Origin: Amoebophrya sp. A120 | Lineage: Eukaryota; Protista; Dinoflagellata | Direction of reading: 5' to 3' | Assembly (NCBI GenBank): GCA_905178155.1 | Contig: CAJINV010000001.1 | Coordinates: 14,095,265-14,159,264, forward strand | Length of the DNA: 64,000 bases | Part shown: positions 1 through 10,874 of the stretch, one piece after another | Layout of the letters: every line of letters begins with the position of its first letter | How positions within the stretch are numbered: position 1 is the stretch's first letter | Notes under the pieces: generated by a model | What the model was told of the DNA's origin: nothing | The model's database searches: none | What the model saw: only the letters and a program-made list of their open reading frames with translations | Made by a program: the position numbers and the translations under genes

Positions 1-287
1 GCAGCGGCCGGGGCCCCGACGAACTTCCCTTTTACCTGGGGTAGCACAAGTATTCAACTACTTCAGTTTCACTACTTTCCAATCAAGAACAAAGTGGCGC
101 TTTGAGAATCAACAAGTTAACGGACGTCGGAAAAGCAGCACTGTATTGCGATGAAAGAAAGTGAAAGCAACGTAATTGTAGAGACGACATTTCTACTTAC
201 CCATTCATACGCCGCGATCTCTGGAGCGAAGAGTTTATACGTCCCCCAATGAACGGCGTCGTAGAGATTCTGTGCGAGACCAACCAT
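1..287 (-). CDS. 5' part of an unknown gene running off the left edge (exon 287-201 MVGLAQNLYDAVHWGTYKLFAPEIAAYEW; intron 200-36; exon 35-1 VKGKFVGAPAA...)
   Basis: AAAATGG start context, GTAAGT donor at 200, CCCAG acceptor at 36; the frame stays open after splicing. Not in the ORF track because the exons are short. Confidence 0.55.
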
Positions 288-1308
288 TTTTACTGAAGAT
301 AATTTGGATCTGGAGTGTCGTCGAGGTCGACGTCTGCGCCTTTTTTCCTCCTTCTACTCGAAGCAGCAATGCCTAACTGATTCTAAGACTAAAGTCTTCG
401 TCATCTGACATCGCACGCGTCCAGGTGGTTTTGTTAATTTCAGTCGGTTTTTGCTCTCGCTCTCGGTAGTTCTTCCTCTTCCAAGATGTTAACACTGCAT
501 ATGTAAAATTTGGCGCTTTGCTTCTCCACGACTTCCGCTCACATCTCCGATCGGGTTTGGCATTCACAGCTTTGGAGGCCTTCTCTTTTGGCAGAAAAAA
601 GGCAGAGAACGCGACTCGCTCGACCGAAGTGCGCGCAAATAAATTGGAAGAGAATTAACTCTAGACCGCTCGGAGTGTAATCGTGATTCAAACGGAATTC
701 AAACTGAATTCAAAAAGTTGGCATTTTCAAAAAAACGCCCCTCCGAGGGGGCGAATCGGGCGAAACAAATGCGGCGCGCGACAGCCATAGAAAACGGCCT
801 GTAGCCGCTTTCACACGAACGCTGCGCCCTGTGCTTGGTCCAGCGGACCAGGCGCGAAACGGCAACTGGATCCAACCATGCGAAGGAGCTTCCGGGAAAT
901 GGGGCGAACGCGCTTTGGTTCGACCGGCGGCCGAAGTTTGTTATCATGCCTTAACTTGCGAGACTTGAAACCCGGCTCGGCGCCAGGGGGGTGCTGCCGG
1001 TGTAATAAGAGAAGACCCTGCCCAACCACGGAAAAATGCCGGAAACCGTCGGGGGCCGGCGCATGCGGTTAGGAGCATGGCTGGCCTCGGTGTCGGGGTC
1101 GCGGCTTGGCCCGGCGAGCGCTCAAGCAAGTCAGCCTGTGCATATTGCATGTGACGCTAGTGGACAAAATGCCGCCAGGGGCGAGGCCATCCCCGGCCGC
1201 GATTCCCAATGCGGTCAGCCACCCAAGATCGCCCAGGCTGGTCTCGGTAGGTGAAGTCGACTGGAGGCACAACTCTGGTGGCCCGGACCACAAAATCCCA
1301 TCCCCCAC

Positions 1309-1417
1309 CAATTCAAAATCCATCCGAATTCTGTCAGAATCCGTCCGAATCAAGAAGCCAAGTAGGGGACAAAATTCGGACGGAATTCGGACAGAATTCG
1401 GATGAGTTTTGAATTTG
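1309..1417. repeat. Imperfect inverted repeat (~42-bp arms, ~23-bp spacer)
   Basis: CAATTCAAAATCCATCCGAATTCTGTCAGAATCCGTCCGAAT (1309-1350) is nearly the reverse complement of ATTCGGACGGAATTCGGACAGAATTCGGATGAGTTTTGAATTTG (1374-1417). Confidence 0.8.
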
Positions 1418-1600
1418 CCCCGATGGCCCCGATGGAGTTTGAATTGGGGCCGATCGTCCGGATGGGTTTTGAATTGGGGCCGGTCGTCCGGATGGAGTTT
1501 GAATTGGGGCCGGTCGTCCGGATGGAGTTTGAATTGGGGCCGGTCGATCGGATGGACTTTGAAATTGAGATCCACTCCCCGATGAACTTTAGAATTGTTG
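1401..1600. repeat. 30-bp minisatellite, ~6.5 copies (GATGGAGTTTGAATTGGGGCCGGTCGTCCG)
   Basis: Units start at 1401, 1431, 1461, 1491, 1521, 1551 and 1581. Central copies are near-identical and outer copies degenerate. Confidence 0.95.
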
Positions 1601-2331
1601 CGCCGATCCCAAATTAGCGCCGCAAACAAGCGCAGCCCCCTTCTGCGCCCGTGCGGGCCTGTTGTAGTGTTCCTGCCCGGAGTGCCAAAGCCAATAATAG
1701 CGCCGGCCGCGGGAATGACTAAACCGCCACCAGTGTCAGACAGGCGCTACACAAAAGTGGCGCGAAATAGTAAGCCACGACAGAGCGCCGTCGCCCTTCG
1801 CAGGCGATGCGGGCGTATGCCGGAAAGTGAACCAGAGCGCATCGCTCTGGCCCTCGGTCATCATTCAGCAACACTCCTAGTACGGTGCGGAGCAGCCCTT
1901 CGGGTTGAGCCCGTCCCCCGAGCCAATGAGCCAGCAGGAGCCAACGTCGGACGAGCGAGCCAATGACTCGCTCGTCCGAAGTGCGCGCAAATAAATTGGA
2001 AGAGAATCCACTCCGAGACAACATCACGACTCTGCATTTTTTGCGAAGAAACTTCCGCTCATGTTCGACACAATGAATCAAACGAGCAAGTAAGAACAAG
2101 CTACTGCTGCACAAGCACCGCAGAATGGGGAGAAGAGAACTCTCCAAAGGAAGTGTGTAGATCATCTCTCACTTTATTTATTTGGTACCGCCATGCCCTT
2201 GCTCCCGTAGGCTGGTTTCTCAGATAAGCACCATCTAGCTGAGGAATGTTCGCATTTCTTTCTCACGAACTCGAAACAGTAAGCCGTTCAAAAATCTTAC
2301 ATGGCAAAAAATTTTTTTTCATCTCACTGCT

Positions 2332-5300
2332 TTACCTTCCTCTCCGCCGACTATTGACGCACGCGAACGCAACCGCCTGGGCGGCCCACAATGCCACCAC
2401 GACCCCCACCGCGGCTGACACCACGAGGAAAATTTGAGAAAAGTCATGGAACGTGAGCTGATTCTCATCCCCAATGTCAGCGGTCGCGCAGGCGTCGTCC
2501 CTACCTGCTTCGCTTGACGCACCAGCCGCGAAACCTGGAAACCATTTCTTAGACAGCTCGTGGTCGATGTCCGGGTGTTTTCTCGAGCGCAGATACGTGA
2601 CGGCCTCCGACACTGCGTCACGAAGCGGCGAGTTTTTCGGAAATGCGTAGGCGTACTCCTGTGGACCGAACAAATCCCCCGTGACCTCCAACGGCAGGTC
2701 GCTACAGGAACGTCTCGCTTCGTCTTTCGCGGCCAGCCATTGCAATACTGGTTCGTCGTAGACACCCGCCTGTGCCTGGCCGTCCTTCACCTTATCCGCC
2801 ACGTCCACGAAGCCGTTGGCCTGGATCACGTCAACGGTTGGGAAATTGGATTCGATAAACTGCCTCGGGACATTGGTGCCGCCGGTCGGGTACTGAACCG
2901 CGATGCGTTTTTTCCCGCCCCCCGCCTGCAAATCCTCAACGGAGAAAAGCGACGGGTTTGTGTGCCGGTTCGTCAGCATCGCAGCCAAGCCTGCGACGTA
3001 GATCGACAGCCACACGGTGCCGAATACCAGCGCAATGTTTGAAAGCGTCTTTCCCGCCGGCGTCTTGATGTCGTCGATCGCGCTGTCTCTGCCGCAAACG
3101 AAAGAAAACGCGTCGTACTGCGATTTGAGTAGTTGCTGTGCGGCTTTCAAACGTTGGATGCGCTGCAAAACGCGTTGCAGATTCTTCTGCGTTGTTTCCG
3201 AAACGGTTGTCCCCGCGTCCGAACCGGTGGGGCTCTGCGGGTCTATCGCTTTTTGTTCTGCGTGGTCCTGATTCGTCGGCGAATTAGAAACTGCATCCGC
3301 AAATAGAACAACTTGTCGATGCTTCTCACTATGATCTTGCTCGTCGTTTTGCCGCTCTGAAGTTCTCGATCTCGGTGTACAACTCCATTGAGTTCGTCAC
3401 TTACTTCGGCGACAACAAGCGCTGTGGACGATGGTTTCATCTGCTCCCGCAACTGCGCAGCGTCGGTCCTACTCCTCACGATCGTGCCGCTGCTGCTCAC
3501 GGGAACGCAAACATCCAAACCCATCATCGTGCTGGTTCGCTCCAGCATTGGTGTTGGCGCGCTCGCGTGTTCCATCCGCGTCCTTTCCACCGCCTTCATC
3601 AAGAGCCGTTTCTCTTCCTTGGAAATCAGCAACTCGTTGTCGATCATGACTTCCGCCGACTCTGCGTCGAACCTACGCAATTGCTTGGCGCACTGCTCCT
3701 CCCCCTCCAGCAGCTTCACGTCTTCGGTCAAGATTTCCTCTAGCTTTTCCACCCGTTTCCGCTGGGCCAACCCCTCCACGGCCCCGATCAGCGTCCCAAC
3801 GATCACGACGAAAAGCAACAACGCAAGCCACACGTCCGTGCTGAAGGGCCGCATGAAGAAGTCGGTTGGCAGAGCTTTCAAGGAGGGCGGCTGCGACGCG
3901 ATCAAAAACTTGTACCCGGTCGAGTAGTACGGCGTCGAGAAATCGACCCGCCAAATGCGGTTTTTGAAGACCGTGATCGCGGCGACAGACACGTCTGCCT
4001 TGTTCTCGGCAGCGTACTCGATCAGTTTTCCGGTCGACTCCGCGCATCGCAGGATGATGTCGGTTTTGTCGTACCCCAGAAGTCCAAACACCTCATACAG
4101 GTGGTCGATGGTGTAACCGACCAGGTCCTGACGCCCCGCCGGGTGAAAATTTGCTGGGTCGTCGTTGGTACAGGACGGGTAATTGTTAATGCTGCCGGGC
4201 GTTATCGCCGAATCCACAAAGATCGGAAACATCTTGGTCCAGACGACAATTTTCGCCGGGAAGCTCGGGTCCTTTGTGCGTCGCTTGAACGACGCCGCCT
4301 CAGTCACCGCCCGGCAGCTCGGCGCGGACTTAATCGGGCTCCGCTCGCACATGAACTTGTCGGCCGCAAACTGCGACGCGAGTCTGCGTTTCACGTCGGA
4401 TTCAGGGAGGTTCACGGACGCACGAGACCGGTAGTAACCAAACAGGGTTGTCACGTTTTCCGGGAACAACTGCCAACGCGTTTCCAAAACTTCTGCAAGA
4501 AGGGAAGTGGGCAGTGAACTATTTCCAGTAGGCGTGCTGGTTGCGCCCTGTGCGAACAAGGAATTGATCCTTGTCGAGTTGTACACCATTTTCAGATTTA
4601 CCGGCGCTTTTCCAAAGGTGGTGACTCGCCGCACGCCATCCTCCTCGGTCAAGGCCGAAGGCTTCCAACCATAGAACAAAATCGGCTTTCTAAGTTTGAC
4701 CCCTTCCTGTATTAACGCCAGATGCTCCGCGCCAGATTGCGGGAAGACAAACCGAGATAGCAAATGCGACGGCATGTAAGTGCTACACTGTTGCGTTTGG
4801 AGGTCGCTGCTGTCAACGTACGTTTTGTTCGCATTCGCCCCGGTGACGAAATCCGGCATGAAGCACTCGCCTGTTCCGCGTACCTCCCAGCCGACGGGCA
4901 CGCCGATAATCCGCAGATCTGCGGGAATGTTGGAGAGCAAGTTTGTGCTCCCGATGTAACCGGACGGGAAACTCGCCAAACCCGGGTTTTCGTCCAAGAG
5001 CCAGCTTGGTGCGTACAATGCGTTTTCGCCCCGCACACCGACATCCACCGTCGTTCCGCCGAGGGAGTCACAGCGCTGGTCTTCGTAGTCCCAGCATTCC
5101 GGCACTACCTCACACTCATCGCGCTGCAGGGCTTGCAGTGCCGTGAAGGAGCTCGTCAGCTCTGGCTGCGCAATCGGGTCGACAGAGACCGCGTCGCCGT
5201 TGGAAGTGCGCAGCACATTCGGGAACTCGTTTTGCAAAAACGTCGACACGGTATACGCGTGTAGGTCGGAGGAAATCCAGTTCACGTTGCAGAACCGCAA

Positions 5301-5399
5301 AGCTGCAAGGGCTCCTGTCGCCATCCTTTCACGTGCCAGCGCGACGAATTTGATTGAAAGCAAGATGTATATGATGGAGAACCTCCCGAGAATCCCCAC
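2332..5399 (-). CDS. Ionotropic glutamate receptor-like ligand-gated channel with N-terminal OpuAC/ProX-like glycine-betaine-binding domain
   Basis: S1 (GYTIDHL, ADVSVAAITVFKNRIWRVDFSTPYY), M1 (FMRPFSTDVWLALL), M3 (IYVAGLAAMLT, cf. SYTANLAAFLT), S2 (YDEPVLQW, YAYAFPKNSPLRDAVS) and M4 (LTFHDFSQIFLVV). Two ORFs in different frames, both open over 3243-3396; candidate GTAAGT...AG intron 3404-3355. Start codon unresolved (GTG at 5399; first ATG falls after the signal-like segment). Confidence 0.85.
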
Positions 5400-5908
5400 C
5401 TCCCTCCTTTATGGCTCTTTTACATATCCAATGTGAACCATCAACTCCCTCTTATGACACCCCTTTTGCATTTCTCTTTATTAAGAATATCTTTGACACG
5501 GGCCGAAACCGAATGTTTTCGTTTTCTTCTTCGAAAGATGCGAGTACGCACAAACTCTAGAGTATTTAGCTGTGCTGTAATAGCAAAAGCGGCTCACGCT
5601 CGAATTCCAATTCGCCCGCTCTCATGAGTATTTCACATTGTCAGAAATCGCGCTCCTAGGAGAGTCAAAGAATATCAGAAGCCCCGAAATAAATCCCTAG
5701 TCATCCTGCACTGACTTTTGGTGAAACACACTGGTGCATGCAGAGAAATTGGGATAATTCGTGGCATTTTCATTGAGCTTACACACCGACATCTCAAAGC
5801 TTGAGCGTTTGTTCAGTACCGTTTTTCAATTTACTCTTCTACCTCGAAGCGAAGACACAACTTGGGCGCTTGGTCCTGATATACGAGAACACTATCATTT
5901 TTACGTAA

Positions 5909-6036
5909 TGCTGATTGACAAATAAAGAAACTTCGCTGCTGATTCAGATTCTATCTAACACAAAAAATACATGCTGATGCTGATCTAAAGAATTTAAAAA
6001 GGCGCTGGTGTTTGCTGATTGACAAATAAAGAAACT
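5909..6036. repeat. 24-bp perfect direct repeat plus a TGCTGAT cluster upstream of the iGluR-like gene
   Basis: TGCTGATTGACAAATAAAGAAACT at 5909-5932 and 6013-6036; more TGCTGAT copies near 5937 and 5972-5984. Confidence 0.85.
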
Positions 6037-6281
6037 AAGGACTCATTGATTCTCTTAAAAATAAACCGTGACACAGGCGGCAGAAGTCGGTTGCTATCTA
6101 CTCCTCGGTAGCTGCAATAAATCGAAATAATCCACATCAAATGGTTTTACTTTTCGAGTAGGATAATTCATTTTTTCCGCGCGACTACATTGTGAAGGTT
6201 GTGCATTGTACAATTTGAATTTCTTTTGTTACAGTTACTGAATCGCGGCGGTGTGTCGGTGAAACTCGAATCTGACCTGCA

Positions 6282-8218
6282 TCACTGCTTGTCGGTGGTT
6301 TCCTTCTTGGCCGGTGCTTTCGTCTCGACCTTCTTGGCCGGGGCTTTGGCTTCTTCCACAGCCTTCTTCGCCGGGGCTTCCGGCTCTTCACTAGCTTTTT
6401 TGGCGGCTTTGGGTTCGTCGTTGGTCTTCTTGGCACCCTTCAACACCAAGGACGGCGGGGTCAGGGCCGCGGCCTTGCCAGCGGCAGCACTTTCCGGATC
6501 CGGGTTGGTCGTGATCTGCACGGGCTCGTTGCCGCCGGTGACCGGAGCCGCACCAGGTTCCGGGATAACTGTATTGTGATGTTTTTGGGATTTAGGATAT
6601 GGATATTAAATAAAGTTCGAAAACGAAAGTGTACGAGGCCGTCTAAAGCAGAGGTGGAAAGAAACAAACTAAATTAAAATTTCTGTGTCGGCATGAAAAT
6701 AATCCTGCAGGATCTCGCTTGACTTTCTAAAAACGCAACCGTCGCGGAAACATAAACTCAAATCAAATCGAGTACCAGCTGGGTCCATCGGTGGTCCGGC
6801 TGGGGCCTTCGGGGGCGGTGGTCCGGATCCCGCGGGCGCGGCAGGCGTTGGCGTTGGTGGCGGCGGGGCGGAGCCCACGGGCTTCGGGGAGGGCGCGACC
6901 GCGTCCGTGGTGGGGTCGATCGGGGGGTTCCCGTTGGGGCAGGCGCCGGTCTTGTGTGCCACCTCGACCAGCATCTCGTGGTGCAGGTCATTCGCACGCT
7001 CGGCCGCGACTGCAAAGTTGGCGAACTTACCGCCTTCGAACTCGTCCACCTTCATACAGGGGTTCAAATCTGCGGGGACCGTGGGCGGGACCTTTCCGAC
7101 GATACCATCACCGCAGTCGACTTCCGCTCCCGGCTTGACCGACGCTGGCGGCAAGCAGGCCTCGGAACCCGGCACGATGATCGACAGCGCACCGTTGTAC
7201 AACGGATCAGAGGTAGCGTCCGGGGCACAGTCGGGCACGCGGGCACCGGCAAGGTCTTTCGCGCACCACTTGTCAGCTTCGGCCTGGTCTATGACTGGGA
7301 GAATGTTCTAAAGACGTATTCCTGGGCTTTTGTTTCATGCCAAGAGGGTAGCGCTGACGTCAGCAACAGCTGCAGTTGGTGGAGACAGATTTTTTAAAAA
7401 ATCTAAAAAACGTTTTTTCTCGCCGTCGTTCAGCACTACAAGCAAAATGGCGCGAGTACAAGGCGTATTGTGAAGTTCACAGTTTCACTTCTTTAGAATC
7501 TCTCCTGCTTAACCTCGTGGAACAACATTCGCGGGCAGCACTTCTGGCAGCTGTAGCCCGTGTTTCCGCCAGTTCCCTCCTCGAACGCGGCCTCGGTCGC
7601 CGGGGCCTCGACCGGCTCGGACACGCCCGGCAAGCAGCTGTAGTGCTGAAAGACGCCGGTTTCCGGATCGGGCATGTTGGCGCAGGCGACGCCGTAAAAC
7701 GCGGGTGGGAAAAAGCCGCACCCTCCGTCGCCCGGCATCAACTTGTCGACGCAATGCGGACCGGACGGAGCCTCGGCGGTCGCGGTCATGCTACCCGGGA
7801 TTGGCGGTGGGGCGGATCCTGGCATGTGCGGCGCCGGATTGTCGTAGCAGAACGCGTGCTTGCCGTAGAAAATGTCGTGGACCTCGTCGGGGGCCTGCTT
7901 GCTGAGGAGCCTCATCGGGTCGAACGCCTCGCAGCCGAACCCGAAGGTCCCGCGGCAGTCAATCTCCACGACATCCCAGCCTCCCTGCTTAGCGACGGTT
8001 TTTCGCTGCCTCTATTCCCTGAAAATTAACCATCCCCATCCACTTTTTGCATGACAAACACAGAATTTGCTACGTGTTTTGCATGACAAATTGGATGGGG
8101 ATGGTTAATTTTCAGGGGATAGCCTCTTTTGCTGGAAGACACTGGTCAGCCGGCCATTGGACTTCACGTGAAGTCCCGCCGCACCGGAGACTGACCCAAG
8201 AAGGGCAACACTCCGCAT
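6282..8218 (-). CDS. Putative secreted Cys/Pro-rich protein with K/E/A-rich tail (~461 aa, 4 exons: 8218-8124, 8009-7514, 7283-6776, 6568-6282)
   Basis: Splicing joins three ORF-track ORFs and a signal-like N-terminus (MRSVALLGSVSGAAGLHVK) into one frame (1386 nt). Many Cys, Pro-rich linkers, GC-rich third codon positions. Confidence 0.75.
8010..8123 (-). mobile_element. Introner-like 114-nt GC-AG intron with 31-bp terminal inverted repeats and a 6-bp flanking direct repeat
   Basis: IR 8012-8042 / 8092-8122 (1 mismatch); DR GCCTCT at 8008-8013 and 8122-8127. Removal restores the frame ...VFQQK-RQRKTVAK... Confidence 0.85.
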
Positions 8219-8678
8219 CCTCTGTGTCACCCTACAAGTCTCTTCTACGGATCAGTTTTTTGTTTGTGTCGTTTAAATTTAGATCTGGAAAAAACTTCGA
8301 TCGTCACGACACGGCTTGTAACAGAGCCACAGCACTTGCTTCACCATCTTCGAAAAGAACACAAATTCTTTTCAGTGCAATCACACAACCAAAGAAAAGG
8401 AACGACGAAAAAAAAACTGCTTCATCTGACTGCCCTTTGAAATTCAAGATCTTTAATTTGTGTAGCTCCACCGCCATGCTGATCCTGTTCGTGCAGTCGG
8501 AAACAACGACAGGAAAACAGAAAAGGCAAAAAGAGTTACTGATCTACTCGCCAGTTTAGAAGGGTGTACTTGGCACTTATTTCACCACCACCATGAGCAC
8601 GCAACCGGCGCTGTCAATCTTTATTTCTGAAGGCATTGCAATACTGCTGCCTGCTGCACTCTCCCCGAGGACCTAAAA

Positions 8679-10438
8679 TCACGTCCACAGACCAGAGGCG
8701 TCCCCACCCAGCTCTAGTGCCAGTTCCTGCATGCGGCGGTACAGTGCGGTCGCCGTCTTGTGTGATAAGCAGGGAACCCGCAAAACCTCAAGGGCCTGCT
8801 GCACATATTGCGACTTTCTCATGCCATTCAGAACCACACCGTTATTGGAAGAAGACGCGGCAACCAGCAGCGCTTGCTGCTGTAATTTGAGCGCCTGGAC
8901 GGTTTTATTTTCACCAGTGAGCTGCTCTCGAAAAATCTGTGCGAAGAGCCTCTGCATCGGCATCTGCTTCTCGACAAACTCAGCCGAGGAATCTGCGTGG
9001 GCCCAATCGTGGGCGCGAATTGTCATCCCAGGTGGCGCAATTGCGGACAGTGGCCGGTTGACAAGGCAGCACAGGTTATTCCGCTCGATAACGGCGAGAT
9101 CGGGCTCCCCGTCGAAACCTGGAACGACGTTCGGGCGGCCCAGTCTGATCCCGGGCTCCAGGGGGTTCAGCGGGGCCTGGATACCGACGAAGCCAGTGCC
9201 TTGAAATAACCTTTGGTCCTCCGCGTTCATTTCCGCAGCTGCACTATGACCAGCTGATGTATCAGCGCCACCGGCAGCGGACCGCGCATCCCCTCTCCGT
9301 GCGAGCGCGTCGATGGCGCAACCTAGCACGGATTGCAAGCTCAGGGCCTCGAATGCATTTTTTCTTCCCGTGACGGAATGGTAGCAGCTGAGAAAGTTTC
9401 CAGACACACCGTAACCGGTGATTCGCTTGCTTTTTCGCAGTGCTTCCAACGTCGCAAACGCGACCTCGAGTCGTTTGTACAGCTCCGCCCAGGCAGCCTG
9501 CAACGGCTCGCCCCGGTTCAGCGCGTCGGAGAGGTAAAATTCGGGGTTGTGAAGAAAAACAAAATCCGGGGTAGTTTGCAGCCGCGAACAGGATGCGTCA
9601 AACTCCTCGAGGAGAAAGTCCGGCTCGAGGCAGTGCCACGTCCTTTCCAAGGGTTTCACGTCGTTCGCGCGTCGCTTTTCCATACCGGTCAAATCGCCGC
9701 TGGAGCCGTTTTTCTCTTCGGGAGTCGAACCACCAGATGTGGTGGAAGGTAGTGGCTCTGAACTCGTTTCAGTTGCGGGTTTCAGTTGATTTTGTGTGCG
9801 GCTTGTATCGTCCACTGCCGATTTTCGCTGCCCTGCACCGCCCGCGGATTTCTGGCGTACGACGTTTTTGTAACGGAGGGATTTCTCGTATTCGTCCGCC
9901 GCTATCCCGTAGTTTTCCACAACTTCAGCTGGCACAGTGATATGGCCAACTTTTGTCACGACGACGCACTCCTTGCGTTTCGCCTCCCCCCGGGCCCTCA
10001 GGCAAGCGCCAATCATCTCTTCCGATTCCCCGGGATACCTGTAATGTAGAAGGGATCGTCTTCGATCGTCCTCTTCCTGCAACGTCACTTCGTTTCTTCA
10101 GGAACCTTTTTGCTAACACCAGGAGCAGTCGGGGCCACGGTTCCAAGCAATCCTTTCTCAGTGTCGCATCACGACTACACCAAATAAGAAATACTGTATC
10201 TTTTAACAAGGCAAAAATACTTTTGACCATAGTGGGTGCTCGTTTCCAACAGATTGACCGCACCGGAGTCTACTGCCGCTTCCAACGCTTCGAAGCACCG
10301 CGACGACCCGATTCTGTACGCCCCGAAACCTATGCTGCTGCAAGTGAAGCGACCGACCCGCCGCACGTGCGTTGGATGCACCTTGCCCGCAGCCACAGCC
10401 TGGCGCAGCAGCTCGCGAGTTGCTTGTGCAGACGCCAT
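8679..10438 (-). CDS. Aldo/keto reductase family protein (exons 10438-10221, 10038-8679)
   Basis: SIGFGAYRIG, NLLETSTHYG..GESEEMIG, VVVTKVG, DFVFLHNPE, ITGYGVS, IQAPLNPLE, VVLNGMR; GT-AG intron 10220-10039. Confidence 0.85.
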
Positions 10439-10874
10439 GTTCCTGTTGCTCTTGCTGTACTTTCAACGAGGCGAGGATTGTCGACTTTATTGCTGTCTTT
10501 TGTGCAGCTGAGGTTGCTTGAGCTTGTTAGTTCTGTTGTGCGTCGCTGTCTCTCACTGAATGGCTCCGAAAATGAAAGGCCACATAATTCTCGCAAAAAA
10601 AACCGTTTACCAACAACGCAGATACTGACACGTGCCTTCGTCGTCTGGCAGTTGCTCTGCAAAGTCGTAGAGGAACAGAAAAGCCCTAGCTCACTTTTAA
10701 TCCCGCGGAGCCGCTGTCCTCTGTAACCATTCTCGCAATCATGGCCCGGCGCTCGACGCCAAACATTGCGTGTTGATTCATTTGCGTGATGTTTCTTCGT
10801 CATAAGTGCGTTACGTCGTACTAGCCACTGTAGGTCAACAATGCGCAAGAGGAGCCATGTGATCGCTCTTTTCA

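Larger units (their letters stand above)
613..2007. mobile_element. GC-rich ~1.3-kb insertion bounded by 43-bp direct repeats
   Basis: GACTCGCTCG(A/T)CCGAAGTGCGCGCAAATAAATTGGAAGAGAAT at 613-655 and 1965-2007 (1 mismatch). The interior has a minisatellite and hairpins and no recognisable transposase. Confidence 0.6.

Noticed and set aside
1069-1629. 186-aa repeat protein
   Set aside because: Translation of a 30-bp minisatellite that is open on both strands; no ATG start.
373-2165. ~147-aa ORF restored by removing the 613-2007 insertion
   Set aside because: The frames do join, but the peptide has no protein-like features and a better gene start lies at 287.
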